This document shows positions 8,446 through 17,614 of a stretch of 64,000 nucleotides of DNA, piece after piece (position 1 is the first letter of the stretch; the number at the start of each line of letters is the position of its first letter). Origin of the DNA: Candidatus Wildermuthbacteria bacterium (GTDB lineage Bacteria; Patescibacteriota; Minisyncoccia; Minisyncoccales; UBA10102); assembly GCA_016181405.1 (NCBI GenBank), contig JACOZJ010000002.1, positions 10,608 to 74,607 on the forward strand, given 5' to 3'. Position numbers and translations under genes: made by a program. A model generated the notes under the pieces. It saw nothing but the letters and a program-made list of their open reading frames with translations. It was not told where the DNA came from and did not search any database.

Positions 8446-9551
8446 ATTTCCAGTGCCTTTAACCCGGGGAGCTCCTCGCCGGATAAGAATGCGAGCATGG
8501 CGCTGCCGCCTGTGGATACGTGGCTAAATTTATCCCGCAGGCCGTGCGTATCAAGGAATCCAACAAGATCTCCGCCGCCAACAACAGAAAACGCACCAGA
8601 CGCGATAATGGCTTTGGCTACCGCCAAAGAACCTTTTGCATATTCTTCTTCCTCGGCTTTTCCCAAAGGGCCTGTCCAAAATACTGTTTTTGCTTTGGCT
8701 ATTTTTGCCGCATATAGTTTAACAGTTTCTGGCCCGATATCCAACGCCTGCTCTTGGGAAGGAATTCCATCTGCTGGCCCAACGATTTTTTCTCTTCCTT
8801 TTGGAGCAAGATTTTTTGATTGGATTTCGTTGAATACGGGGTTGCCGACGAGTACCTCGTCGGCAAGCTGGCACATTTCTTCAAGAAAATGTGTTTTCGA
8901 CTCTATTTTTGTACCGCCAATAATAACAACGACCGGACGCGTAGGATCTTTGACAACTTTTCCAAGTGCCTCAACTTCTTTCTCCAGCAGCAAACCTGCG
9001 GCCGAAGGCAAAAACTTTGGTATGCCTACAAGTGAAGCATGCGCCCTGTGGTTCACGGAAAATGCCTCATTAATATACACCTCCCCCAAGCTCGCCAAAA
9101 GTTTCGCGAATGCAGGATCATTTTCTTCCTCGCCCTTGTAAAAACGAATATTCTCCAGGAGTACTACATCTCCCGGCTTCATCATCTCTATCTGCTTTTC
9201 TGCTTTTTCTCCAATAGGGTCTTCGATAAATGTAATTTTTTGATTCAGTAATTGCTGCAACCTTTGTGCAATTGGTTTTAAACTTTCTTCTTTTTGAATT
9301 TGAGATCTGCTTGGGATTTGTGATTTGGAGTTTGAGGTTTCCCCGATTTGAAAAATCGTGGTTGGTCTCCCCAAATGCGCGAGCAAAATTACTTTTGCGC
9401 CCCGCTCTCTGGCATACTGAATGGTTTGCATGCTCTCTTGAATGCGAAAATCATCAACAATATTTCCTTGCTCGTCGAGCGGAACATTAAAATCGCATCG
9501 CACCAATACCCGTTTGCCCTCCAATTGAAAATCCCGAAGCGATTTCATCAT
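8442..9551 (-). CDS. pgk: Phosphoglycerate kinase
   Basis: KRVLVRCDFNVPLDEQGNIVDDFRI, LAHLGRP, VSTGGSAMLAFLSGEELPGLKAL. The start has an ATGA overlap with the upstream gene. Confidence 0.93.
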   Translation of the reverse strand: MMKSLRDFQLEGKRVLVRCDFNVPLDEQGNIVDDFRIQESMQTIQYARERGAKVILLAHLGRPTTIFQIGETSNSKSQIPSRSQIQKEESLKPIAQRLQQLLNQKITFIEDPIGEKAEKQIEMMKPGDVVLLENIRFYKGEEENDPAFAKLLASLGEVYINEAFSVNHRAHASLVGIPKFLPSAAGLLLEKEVEALGKVVKDPTRPVVVIIGGTKIESKTHFLEEMCQLADEVLVGNPVFNEIQSKNLAPKGREKIVGPADGIPSQEQALDIGPETVKLYAAKIAKAKTVFWTGPLGKAEEEEYAKGSLAVAKAIIASGAFSVVGGGDLVGFLDTHGLRDKFSHVSTGGSAMLAFLSGEELPGLKALEI

Positions 9552-11227
9552 TTCTTAAAATAAATGGTTTCTCCTGGCTTCAAAACTCCCTTACTTGCCT
9601 CTTCTCCTTCCTTGAGAGAAGGGCTGGTCGTTCGCGCTTTTTGCAGAGCTTCCTGCAAAACTGCCTGCAGACCATGCGTATCTCTCTCTTCTCTCTTTCC
9701 TTCTTCCCGTTGCGGCTTTCCCTTCGAAAGATCAGAAGGCTGCCCTTTTTGTGGGCGAGAACCCGCCACCTCACTTCCTTCCTGTTTCCGCTTGAGTTTT
9801 TTTCTGCACGCTTTGCAATACACCGGTCTTTTCCCGTCGGGAGGAAATACCACTTTGGTATCTCTGCCGCAGTTTGAACATCTGGCATCGTATAAAACCT
9901 GCTGTTCTTTGGGAGCGGGCACGGGCGGGGCCGCGGTCAATCCTTCTATTCCGGTCCACTGCATTATTTGCGCTTCCACGTTCGCAACCGCAGTCGCATA
10001 GTGCTCACGCGAAAACTGAATAACTTCTTCGCGATATGATTTTTCTGGCGCAGTGGGTGGAGGAAGCGTGGTCGCGGAAAATGGCCGTGACGCAATCCCG
10101 TCGATCATCAATTTTACGTAAATGGTGTACTTCCCCAGATTCATAAAATCTATCGCTACAAACTCGGGGAAAAACTCTTTCTCAAGAAACTCTGCGTCTT
10201 CTGCGCCAACGCGAAACGATACCATAGTCCCCACGTTTCCGAACACCGCGTCTCTCACTTTCGCCTCTGTCCCAACCCCAAGCTGCGCGATGTATTGATG
10301 GCTCAAAATTAAGGAAAGGCGGTATTTCCGTGCTTCAGACAAAATATTCACGAAGCTCTCTGTGGCAAAGTGCTGAAACTCGTCGATATAAAGAAAGAAA
10401 TCCTGCCTCTGTTCCTCTGGGACATCCACGCGCGACATTGCGGCAAGCTGAAGCTTCGTGATTAGCAGGCCGCCGATAAGCCTCGAATTGTCTTCACCGA
10501 TTCGCCCCTTTGAGATATTTACAAGAAGGATTTTATTTTCGTCCATCGCTTTTCGCATATCAATGGAAGACCTCGTCTGCCCAACAATATTCCTAATCAA
10601 AGGGTTAGACGTAAGCTGCCCTACCTTGTTCTGCACGGCAGCCGTTGCTTCCACCTCATACCGCTGGGTATATCGGGCGTACTCTTGCAGCCAGAAAGTT
10701 TTTACCACGGGATCTGACACGTGCTCCACTACTTTCTGACGATATTCAACGTCAACCAGCATCCGGTTGATGCCCAAAAGCGTGGAATCGGGATATTCCA
10801 ATAGGGCAAGCACTACATTGTTCAAAATATATTCCATGCGCGCGGACCACACGTCGGGCCAGATCTTCTTAAACACCGACATTAAACCAGAAGCCACCAT
10901 ATGGCGTTTATCTGGATCTACCTGCTCCATAACGTTAAACGCGATAGGGTGAGTCATATCTGCCGGATTAAAATAGATGACGTCCTTTACGCGCTCCTCG
11001 GGAACAAAATCCAGAAGCTCCTCTACCGCTTCGCCATGCGGATCCACAAAACCGACTCCGTGGCCGTTTTGTATATCCTGCAAAGCCATATTCTTTAGCA
11101 TCTCGGTTTTGCCCATTCCTGTTTTTCCGACAGCGTAAAAATGGCGCCGACGATCGTCGAGCTTTATTCCAAACTTTCTTCTCATATTCCGAAAGTTTGT
11201 CTCCCCAAAGAAATTAATTTCTTCCAT
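9548..11227 (-). CDS. Type IV secretion coupling-protein-like (VirD4/TraD/TraG family) P-loop ATPase with a C-terminal zinc ribbon and a Lys/Glu-rich tail
   Basis: Walker A is AVGKTGMGKT and Walker B is FFLYIDEFQHF. A LILSHQYIAQL block is present. The C-terminal CSNCGRDTKVVFPPDGKRPVYCKACRKK is a CxxC-x17-CxxC motif. Confidence 0.8.
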   Translation of the reverse strand: MEEINFFGETNFRNMRRKFGIKLDDRRRHFYAVGKTGMGKTEMLKNMALQDIQNGHGVGFVDPHGEAVEELLDFVPEERVKDVIYFNPADMTHPIAFNVMEQVDPDKRHMVASGLMSVFKKIWPDVWSARMEYILNNVVLALLEYPDSTLLGINRMLVDVEYRQKVVEHVSDPVVKTFWLQEYARYTQRYEVEATAAVQNKVGQLTSNPLIRNIVGQTRSSIDMRKAMDENKILLVNISKGRIGEDNSRLIGGLLITKLQLAAMSRVDVPEEQRQDFFLYIDEFQHFATESFVNILSEARKYRLSLILSHQYIAQLGVGTEAKVRDAVFGNVGTMVSFRVGAEDAEFLEKEFFPEFVAIDFMNLGKYTIYVKLMIDGIASRPFSATTLPPPTAPEKSYREEVIQFSREHYATAVANVEAQIMQWTGIEGLTAAPPVPAPKEQQVLYDARCSNCGRDTKVVFPPDGKRPVYCKACRKKLKRKQEGSEVAGSRPQKGQPSDLSKGKPQREEGKREERDTHGLQAVLQEALQKARTTSPSLKEGEEASKGVLKPGETIYFKK

Positions 11228-11230
11228 ATA

Positions 11231-12559
11231 TTATTCAAGAGGCAACCCGCGCGGAGCTTCTCCCTTTCTTGTCTCCACACGCGGCATTGTACCCGAAGGA
11301 AAGACATCCCTGCCCGGGAAGTGAAACATTGTCGCCAGCTCCTCAATATTCAGCATGAACGTTCCCCCGCTTCTTGGCCAATAAAAGTTATCGCGCGAGC
11401 AATATAGCCGGAACAAACGCCTGCGCCTGATATATCTTTTCCGCTCGTCTAAGAAAAAAGTCCGTACCGTATACACTTTGGTGGTTTGGAGCGCTCGCAC
11501 AAAATTGAGATTTGCCGTGTTGAATTGCTGCATATACTGGAACGGAAGCACTTTGGTAATGCCCAGATACTTTTCGGCTCTCGCCAAATAAACGAAGCGG
11601 GCGGTGGTATTGAACATCTGCTTGCTGATTTTCTCTTCTATGGCAGTAACCACGTCCCGCTCTCCGGTGGTTAAACGAAGCTCGGGCGCCATAAGCCCTT
11701 GCGGCTCTTCTTTCCCTCCGGTCATCTTCCGTTCAGTATCTTCTCCGGTTGTCAGCATATGGCCCACGGCGCGAATATCTTCTGTTATAGGAATCGTAGG
11801 CTCTCCTCCCTTTCCCTCGGTTATTCGGTGCACAAGCTTATCCACCTCTGCTTTTCCGCGTTTATAAATGTCGGTTTCAGCTGGAGCGCGAGGCGTTAAA
11901 AGAAACTGAATCCACAAATGCTCCCCTTGTCCCAACTGTGACATTCCTTCCACCAAACTCCCTACCGGATCCACCCGCTGCTCCGCCTTTATATCCTCCT
12001 TTTCCTCGAAAAACCGCTTATATGTACGAAGAGGATACACATCGGACTTCTCAAGCTTAAACGTCGCTCCCCACATACGCCATTCTTTATTGGGCACGTT
12101 CCGGGGGACTAGTTTGGTATAATCTTCAACTTCTGTTAATTCGGCATCCGGAAACTGCGCGTATAGCACAGGTTCCATAATTCGCCGTGATTGTTCTGGT
12201 ATACGGATATAAAAATGCACATTGCCTTCGGTAGACACTAATTCCAAACTAAAGCCAAGCTGGTATTGTCCGTCTATCCATACTTCCCGAAAATTCGGAG
12301 GATCATGTATCTGCCACCAGCCCGCGAATACGCTTTCCATAGCTTTGATGGGTTTTTCCACGTCGGGCGGTATCTTTATCTCAAGCACAATACGCCGCAG
12401 CGTAAGCTCAAACTTGTACATGCGCCACCACTTCCAGAAATACATGGCCTGTGGCCAAAGGAAAAACGGCGCGAAAACCCACCACCAGGTTTTCACAAAC
12501 TCCCAGAGAAACTGCACAAAGGGGAAGGTAAGGCGAAAAAAAGTTTCCGTAACTTCCAT
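11231..12559 (-). CDS. Conserved-hypothetical membrane protein, partner of the T4CP-like ATPase
   Basis: The N-terminus has Trp-rich TM spans (FVKTWWWVFAPFFLWPQAMYFWKWWRMY) and is followed by a large soluble domain. The gene sits 3 nt upstream of the ATPase. ATG at 12559; an alternative TTG start lies at 12595. Confidence 0.65.
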   Translation of the reverse strand: MEVTETFFRLTFPFVQFLWEFVKTWWWVFAPFFLWPQAMYFWKWWRMYKFELTLRRIVLEIKIPPDVEKPIKAMESVFAGWWQIHDPPNFREVWIDGQYQLGFSLELVSTEGNVHFYIRIPEQSRRIMEPVLYAQFPDAELTEVEDYTKLVPRNVPNKEWRMWGATFKLEKSDVYPLRTYKRFFEEKEDIKAEQRVDPVGSLVEGMSQLGQGEHLWIQFLLTPRAPAETDIYKRGKAEVDKLVHRITEGKGGEPTIPITEDIRAVGHMLTTGEDTERKMTGGKEEPQGLMAPELRLTTGERDVVTAIEEKISKQMFNTTARFVYLARAEKYLGITKVLPFQYMQQFNTANLNFVRALQTTKVYTVRTFFLDERKRYIRRRRLFRLYCSRDNFYWPRSGGTFMLNIEELATMFHFPGRDVFPSGTMPRVETRKGEAPRGLPLE

Positions 12560-12584
12560 TCTCCTATTGTACACCAATTTTGCC

Positions 12585-13640
12585 TTACTCTCCAATACAA
12601 TAGTATCCCTCCCCCTCCCGCAAGAAACAAGTCTTATCCTGAAGATTTAAGAGAATCGTGCTTTCTTTCACCTGCCGCTGGGCAAGTGTTTTTTGCACAA
12701 TTTCTTCTTTGGTCATTGCTTTGTTGTTCTCACGCAGGATTTCCTTGATCACATCTTTTACGGTTCCAGGTTTAAACCCCCATTCTTCCAATGCGTACGT
12801 TCCCCTTCCCACCAGCACAAACCGGGAATCCTTAATCAGTTCGTTGTGAACGGTCTGAGGCAATACTACCCTTTTCCGCCAACTAGCAGATTGTTCTGCC
12901 AAAACTTCTTGCAATCGTTCTATAAGTTTTGCCACCTCCACAAAGTGAAGAGGCCTTCCCGCATCGTGAAGCACAACATAGGCTTTGTCGCGCATTCCTT
13001 TGGGATATACCTCGGGCCATTCGCGCAACCCCCATTTTCCATTATGCGTTCGAGCAACGAGTTTGGAAATTTCAAGCAAAGAGGCCAAAGTACGAGGATG
13101 CAGCTTTTCTCCCTCATGCACACCATGCACTTTTGCCAATTCTTCAAATTCAAGCGGCGCTTTCCGATCTTGCAGATAGGAGCAAATTGCTTCCAGAAGC
13201 CCGGGGCTGATTTCTGCAATCTCCTTTTTGCTTGCCCAAAAAGGATGCACGTATTCCGTTTCTTTATGCCTATGAAACTGATCTCCCAAATGCAAGAGAA
13301 AAATAATATGATTTTCAATCTTCGGAGTTCCCACTTCCTGAACCAAAAGGTCCTGTCGCTTCACGTTGCCTGACTCACGAAGCGCCAAAAGAAACCGCTG
13401 AAAGATTGCATCAAGTTTCTCCTGCTCTTTTTTACGCGAAGCAGCTTCCTTCACCTCACGAAGCCCGTCTTCCACGATCTGGCGCACACGCTCGCGCGTA
13501 ATGCCGTGACTTTGTCCGATTGCCTCCAAAGTTTCAGGCTCCTGCTCTTGCAACCCAAATCTCCTCTGCAGGATATCTCGAGCACGAGGATGTAAATCGG
13601 AAAGAAGAGCAACGGTCAATTTTTCGTAGGGAAAAGTCAT
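12585..13640 (-). CDS. Sigma-70 region-4-like HTH protein fused to a HARE-HTH (RpoE-delta/ASXH-like) domain
   Basis: The N-terminus LSDLHPRARDILQRRFGLQEQEPETLEAIGQSHGITRERVRQIVEDGLREVK matches the sigma region 4.2 pattern. The C-terminus AYVVLHDAGRPLHFVEVAKLI...GRGTYALEEW... is HARE-HTH-like. Confidence 0.65.
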   Translation of the reverse strand: MTFPYEKLTVALLSDLHPRARDILQRRFGLQEQEPETLEAIGQSHGITRERVRQIVEDGLREVKEAASRKKEQEKLDAIFQRFLLALRESGNVKRQDLLVQEVGTPKIENHIIFLLHLGDQFHRHKETEYVHPFWASKKEIAEISPGLLEAICSYLQDRKAPLEFEELAKVHGVHEGEKLHPRTLASLLEISKLVARTHNGKWGLREWPEVYPKGMRDKAYVVLHDAGRPLHFVEVAKLIERLQEVLAEQSASWRKRVVLPQTVHNELIKDSRFVLVGRGTYALEEWGFKPGTVKDVIKEILRENNKAMTKEEIVQKTLAQRQVKESTILLNLQDKTCFLREGEGYYCIGE

Positions 13641-14524
13641 TAGGAGATTAAACCAAACTTTCCTTTACTTGTCAAGAGGGGCGGCGCCACAAACAAGGAA
13701 GACCAGTTTCCCGCCGCAATACCAATGGCTAGAGTAAGCGCAAAATCCCGAAGTGTCCCCCCTCCAAAAAATAGAATAGCGAGCACCGCAAGCAACGTGG
13801 TAAGAGAGGTATTCATGGAACGGGTGAATGTTTGCTCCAAACTTAGCCTTAAAGTATCTGCGAAATCCGCTCCTACCTTCTTGAGCAGATTTTCGCGAAC
13901 GCGATCAAACACTACCACGGTATCGTTTACGGAATATCCAACCACGGTCAAAAGCGCAACCACCACCGGAATAGTGATCTGCACCCCATAGAATCTGCCC
14001 AAAAACGCGAGCACTCCCAAGGGGAGTAAAACATCATGCAGCAATGCCGCAAGTGTTGCCAAACTCCACTGCCATGAATGCACCGGCTGCTTAACCTTTC
14101 GAAAAGCAAACATTACATAGATAACAATGGAAGCTAAGGCAAGAGCCAGAAGGATTGCGGCCCTACTCTGCAATTCTTTTCCTATTACCGGTCCAATGGA
14201 TTCAAAGCGCATCTCCTGCGTCCCTTCTCCAAGAGCAGACAACACCTCTTGGTGTTTTTCTTCCGAAAGATCTCCCATACGCAGAAGAATTCCACGCTCC
14301 TCCACTCGTTGAGCAGAAACCAAACCAACATCTAAACCCGAAAGCTGCGAACGCACTGATTCTAAAGATGGAGGGTCTTGCTCGTAAGCCACCTCCAGAA
14401 TGCTCCCTCCAGTAAACTCTATGCCGGGCTTCAAACCAAAAACCGCAATACTCATAATACTCGCGAGCATCAAAATCAAAGAAAGCGCGAAGAAAAATTT
14501 GGAATATCGCAGAATACTTTTCAT
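13640..14524 (-). CDS. secF: Protein translocase subunit SecF
   Basis: FGLKPGIEFTGGSILEV and VGYSVNDTVVVFDRVREN, with 6 TM spans. ATG at 14524, one nt after the secD stop. Confidence 0.9.
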   Translation of the reverse strand: MKSILRYSKFFFALSLILMLASIMSIAVFGLKPGIEFTGGSILEVAYEQDPPSLESVRSQLSGLDVGLVSAQRVEERGILLRMGDLSEEKHQEVLSALGEGTQEMRFESIGPVIGKELQSRAAILLALALASIVIYVMFAFRKVKQPVHSWQWSLATLAALLHDVLLPLGVLAFLGRFYGVQITIPVVVALLTVVGYSVNDTVVVFDRVRENLLKKVGADFADTLRLSLEQTFTRSMNTSLTTLLAVLAILFFGGGTLRDFALTLAIGIAAGNWSSLFVAPPLLTSKGKFGLIS

Positions 14525-14525
14525 A

Positions 14526-15869
14526 TTATTTCCACAGCCATCGAAATTCCCCAAATCTTGTATTCAAAAAAAGGCGCAGGAAATTCCTGGTCACAAAAAT
14601 CGCAGAGAACATACTCATTAAAATTCCGAGCGTGAGAGCCAGGGCAAACCCCCGCACAAAGGAGGTCCCAAACCAAAAAAGGATTATAGCAACAAATAGC
14701 GTCGTAATGTTTCCGTCGCGAATGGAAGGCCATGCCCGCCGGAATCCTTCCTCCCAGCTTATGGCAAAAGATTTTCCCTCTAAGAATTCTTCGCGAAAAC
14801 GAGAGAAAATAAGAATATTTGCGTCAACTGCCATACCTACAGAAAGAATGATTCCCGCGATTCCCGCTAACGTGAACGTAAACCCGAACATTTTAAACAA
14901 AAACAAGAGAAATACCCCATACAGAAAGAGCGCCACAACTGCAATAACGCCGGGAATCCGATAGAACAAAATCATGAATACAGCTACAAGTAAAAATCCA
15001 ACTGCGGCCGCGCGCAAACTTTGTTCCAAAGAAACTTTGCCCAACGTGGGCCCCACGGTCTGCTGAGAAATTAAACTAATGGAAACAGGCACAGCTCCCG
15101 CATTGAGATTGCGCACGACCTGTCTTACCTCTTCTATGGTAAAATCACGTCCCGTAATCTGCGCCCGGCCACCCGAAATTTCTGTCTGCACAACAGGTGC
15201 TTGCAGTAAAACATTATCAAGAAAAATCGCAAGCGGCTTGCCCACGTTGCGTTTTGTTATTTCCTGAAAAAGTTGAGCCCCTTCGCTGTTAAACGTCAAA
15301 AGAATCGTTGGCTCTTGCGTCAGCTGTTCAAAACCTACTTCAGCGCGCTCCAGAAAACTTCCATTAAGCGGAGTAGACTGAAATGGATCCTCCAGGTCCC
15401 CCTCTCCGGTTTCAGCAACCTGTTGGTTTTTCCGCACAATTTCTTCATAGTTCTCTTTAGGCTCACGGAAATCAAGAAAAGGCGCCCGCCCAATAAGCTC
15501 AATGGCCTGTTCAGAATCAATCACACCAGCGATTTCCACGATTAACCTCCGTTCATCTCCCCGCCCCTCGATTTGCACCAAGGGTTCTGCCACTCCAAAA
15601 TAATTCACTCTGCGCTCAATTACATCACGCAGTCCTTCCATCGCAGAATCGTAGTCGGCAGAATCCACACGCGATAAATCGGCTTGATATACCAGGTGAA
15701 CGCCGCCTTGGAGATCCAAGCCCAAGCGAAAGGGTATTTCCGGCACTTGCGGGCTGCCGGGAAGTTTTGCCAATTGAGGATTTATCTGTTGCGAAAAGTC
15801 AAAAAATCCGGCAGCCACCCCTGCCAGAACAATAACCAATACAATAGTAACCACCTGCCATTTTTTCAT
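14526..15869 (-). CDS. secD: Protein translocase subunit SecD
   Basis: LGLDLQGGVHLVYQ and LSVGMAVDANILIFSRFREE. Start chosen at MKKWQVV (15869), which has AAGGTG 6 nt upstream. 15875 is also possible. The ORF-track extension to 15995 was rejected. Confidence 0.9.
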   Translation of the reverse strand: MKKWQVVTIVLVIVLAGVAAGFFDFSQQINPQLAKLPGSPQVPEIPFRLGLDLQGGVHLVYQADLSRVDSADYDSAMEGLRDVIERRVNYFGVAEPLVQIEGRGDERRLIVEIAGVIDSEQAIELIGRAPFLDFREPKENYEEIVRKNQQVAETGEGDLEDPFQSTPLNGSFLERAEVGFEQLTQEPTILLTFNSEGAQLFQEITKRNVGKPLAIFLDNVLLQAPVVQTEISGGRAQITGRDFTIEEVRQVVRNLNAGAVPVSISLISQQTVGPTLGKVSLEQSLRAAAVGFLLVAVFMILFYRIPGVIAVVALFLYGVFLLFLFKMFGFTFTLAGIAGIILSVGMAVDANILIFSRFREEFLEGKSFAISWEEGFRRAWPSIRDGNITTLFVAIILFWFGTSFVRGFALALTLGILMSMFSAIFVTRNFLRLFLNTRFGEFRWLWK

Positions 15870-15937
15870 CCCCATCACCTTACCACACTTTGTTCTCCCT
15901 CGCAAGCAGAACGTATATGCCGCGGAGTATAGAGCGA

Positions 15938-16011
15938 GCATCGCGGGTTCTTCCGCAGACGCGAGGGTCCACGCCGCAGGCGGGGTAAAGCGCAAGGAAA
16001 ACCCGCGATGC
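15938..16011 (-). other. GC-rich long inverted repeat (16-bp stem, about 41-nt GC-rich loop) in the leader region between the DUF1614-like gene and secD
   Basis: GCATCGCGGGTTCTTCC (15938-15954) pairs with GGAAAACCCGCGATGC (15996-16011) with one bulged C. No U-run follows on either strand. Confidence 0.5.
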
Positions 16012-16034
16012 GAGCGATAAGAATTACTCCTTGC

Positions 16035-16679
16035 TCATCCAGATAGTCCCGCAAGAAATGTGGCGATGATGGCGACGAGAAAAATGCCGTCGAACACCCC
16101 AGCTCCTCCAATAGACATAATGCCTTGCCCCTCGCGCATCACCCGCGGCAGATGAAGCACATCCCCGCCGATAATCACGCCAAGCACGCCGGAAATAAAG
16201 GCAACGGGGGCTGCTGCTCCAAACGCCAGAACCAAAGCAAAAATTGTGGCGAAAAAGGCCGGGAAAAACACTGGAATCGCAATCCCCTTGCCCGGAATAA
16301 ACCGGGCAAGCAGAAAACAAATTACAATCATAAGAGAAGAAGCAAGCAACGTTTCACGAAGCGGCACCCTCGGCAACAAATACAGCACCAAAACCAACGG
16401 AATAACCGCTCCACCCACATTTATGGAAAGACCCTGCGCCTGCATTCGCCGCCGTTTCATTAATCCAAAAAAACGGGATTCTTCCACTTCCATTAAACGC
16501 CTTCTTCCTAAAGGAATATTAATCAGAGAACCCACAAGTATAAGAAGCAGCACTCCAAACACTGCTTCCGGCGCAAATCCTAACTTCTCAAAACCGGATA
16601 TCGCAACATGGAACAACCCAAACAACACCAAAAAAGGAATCGCCAATACAATGGCTGCAATAATAAGAAAAATCGCCAT
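16035..16679 (-). CDS. Integral membrane protein, DUF1614-like
   Basis: 214 aa and multi-TM. SLINIPLGRR and LSINVGGAVIPLVLVLYLL resemble DUF1614. The family call is from memory only. Confidence 0.6.
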   Translation of the reverse strand: MAIFLIIAAIVLAIPFLVLFGLFHVAISGFEKLGFAPEAVFGVLLLILVGSLINIPLGRRRLMEVEESRFFGLMKRRRMQAQGLSINVGGAVIPLVLVLYLLPRVPLRETLLASSLMIVICFLLARFIPGKGIAIPVFFPAFFATIFALVLAFGAAAPVAFISGVLGVIIGGDVLHLPRVMREGQGIMSIGGAGVFDGIFLVAIIATFLAGLSG

Positions 16680-16681
16680 AG

Positions 16682-17473
16682 TTATTTAGTTGGGAATAAA
16701 GCGTTTTCGCCTTCGGTTAATTCTCGATAAATCACAGGGTTTGTGGCGATAAAATCAAAATTTCGATAATCATATCCCTTACTGCCAATGTTCGCCACAA
16801 CTCCCCCTGCTTCAGCTACTAACAAAGAGCCCGGAGCAAAATCCCATATCTTTCCGAAGGGATCCGAAGATATTCTTGCGTCTAACCTTCCTGAAGCCAC
16901 CATTGCATATTCAAATCCCGCACTAATGAAGTGTAAGAGGACAGTTTTGCTATTTAGCTCAAGATATTTTTGTGCATTTTCTTTGCGCTTTTGCACATTT
17001 GTTTCAAAAGAGATATATCCTTCTTTCAAAGAACGACTGCTTACATGTATTTGCTCTTTGTTTTTCCAAGCGCCTTTACCCTTTTCTGCCCAATAAAAAT
17101 CCCCTTTCACAAAGTCGTAGATGACAGAAAAAGCAACATTGCCATCTTCAACAAGAGCAAGCATTGTCGTGCAGAAAGGAAGGCCCCGCACAAAGTGTGC
17201 CGTGCCGTCTATTGGATCACACAGCCAAAATCGTTCTCCATCCTTATCGCCGCCAAACTCTTCTCCGAAAAATTCAATCGATGGGAAAGCTTTCCGAAGC
17301 TGCGTTGCAAGAAATTTTTCAGTTTCCGTGTCCAAATCAGTAACAACATCAACATACGTGTTCACTTTTTGGTGAACATTTTTTACATTCCCAAACTGCT
17401 TTTTTAGTTCTTTTCCTGCTTCACTCAAAAGCGGAAACACAATTTTTTTATAATCCATACTTTTTACCACCAT
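16682..17473 (-). CDS. Inositol monophosphatase family phosphatase (SuhB/CysQ-like)
   Basis: FFGEEFGG, WLCDPIDGTAHFVRG and WDFAPGSLLVAEAGG motifs. Confidence 0.85.
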   Translation of the reverse strand: MVVKSMDYKKIVFPLLSEAGKELKKQFGNVKNVHQKVNTYVDVVTDLDTETEKFLATQLRKAFPSIEFFGEEFGGDKDGERFWLCDPIDGTAHFVRGLPFCTTMLALVEDGNVAFSVIYDFVKGDFYWAEKGKGAWKNKEQIHVSSRSLKEGYISFETNVQKRKENAQKYLELNSKTVLLHFISAGFEYAMVASGRLDARISSDPFGKIWDFAPGSLLVAEAGGVVANIGSKGYDYRNFDFIATNPVIYRELTEGENALFPTK

Positions 17474-17614
17474 CTGTGTACGTTATGCTATCTCATAGTA
17501 CACCAAAAGAAACCGCTTTGCATCTCCCCACAGAAGGAAAACTTTTCCCTTTTGTCTTGCCGTTCGCCGCGTTTTGTGTATAATATGGCATACGCACTTT
17601 CGGGAGGAAGCGAG

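Noticed and set aside
15875-16320. ORFs 15875-16111(-) and 16024-16320(-).
   Set aside because: The first spans the GC-rich inverted repeat between genes. The second is out of frame within the DUF1614-like membrane gene. Neither has coding-like composition.
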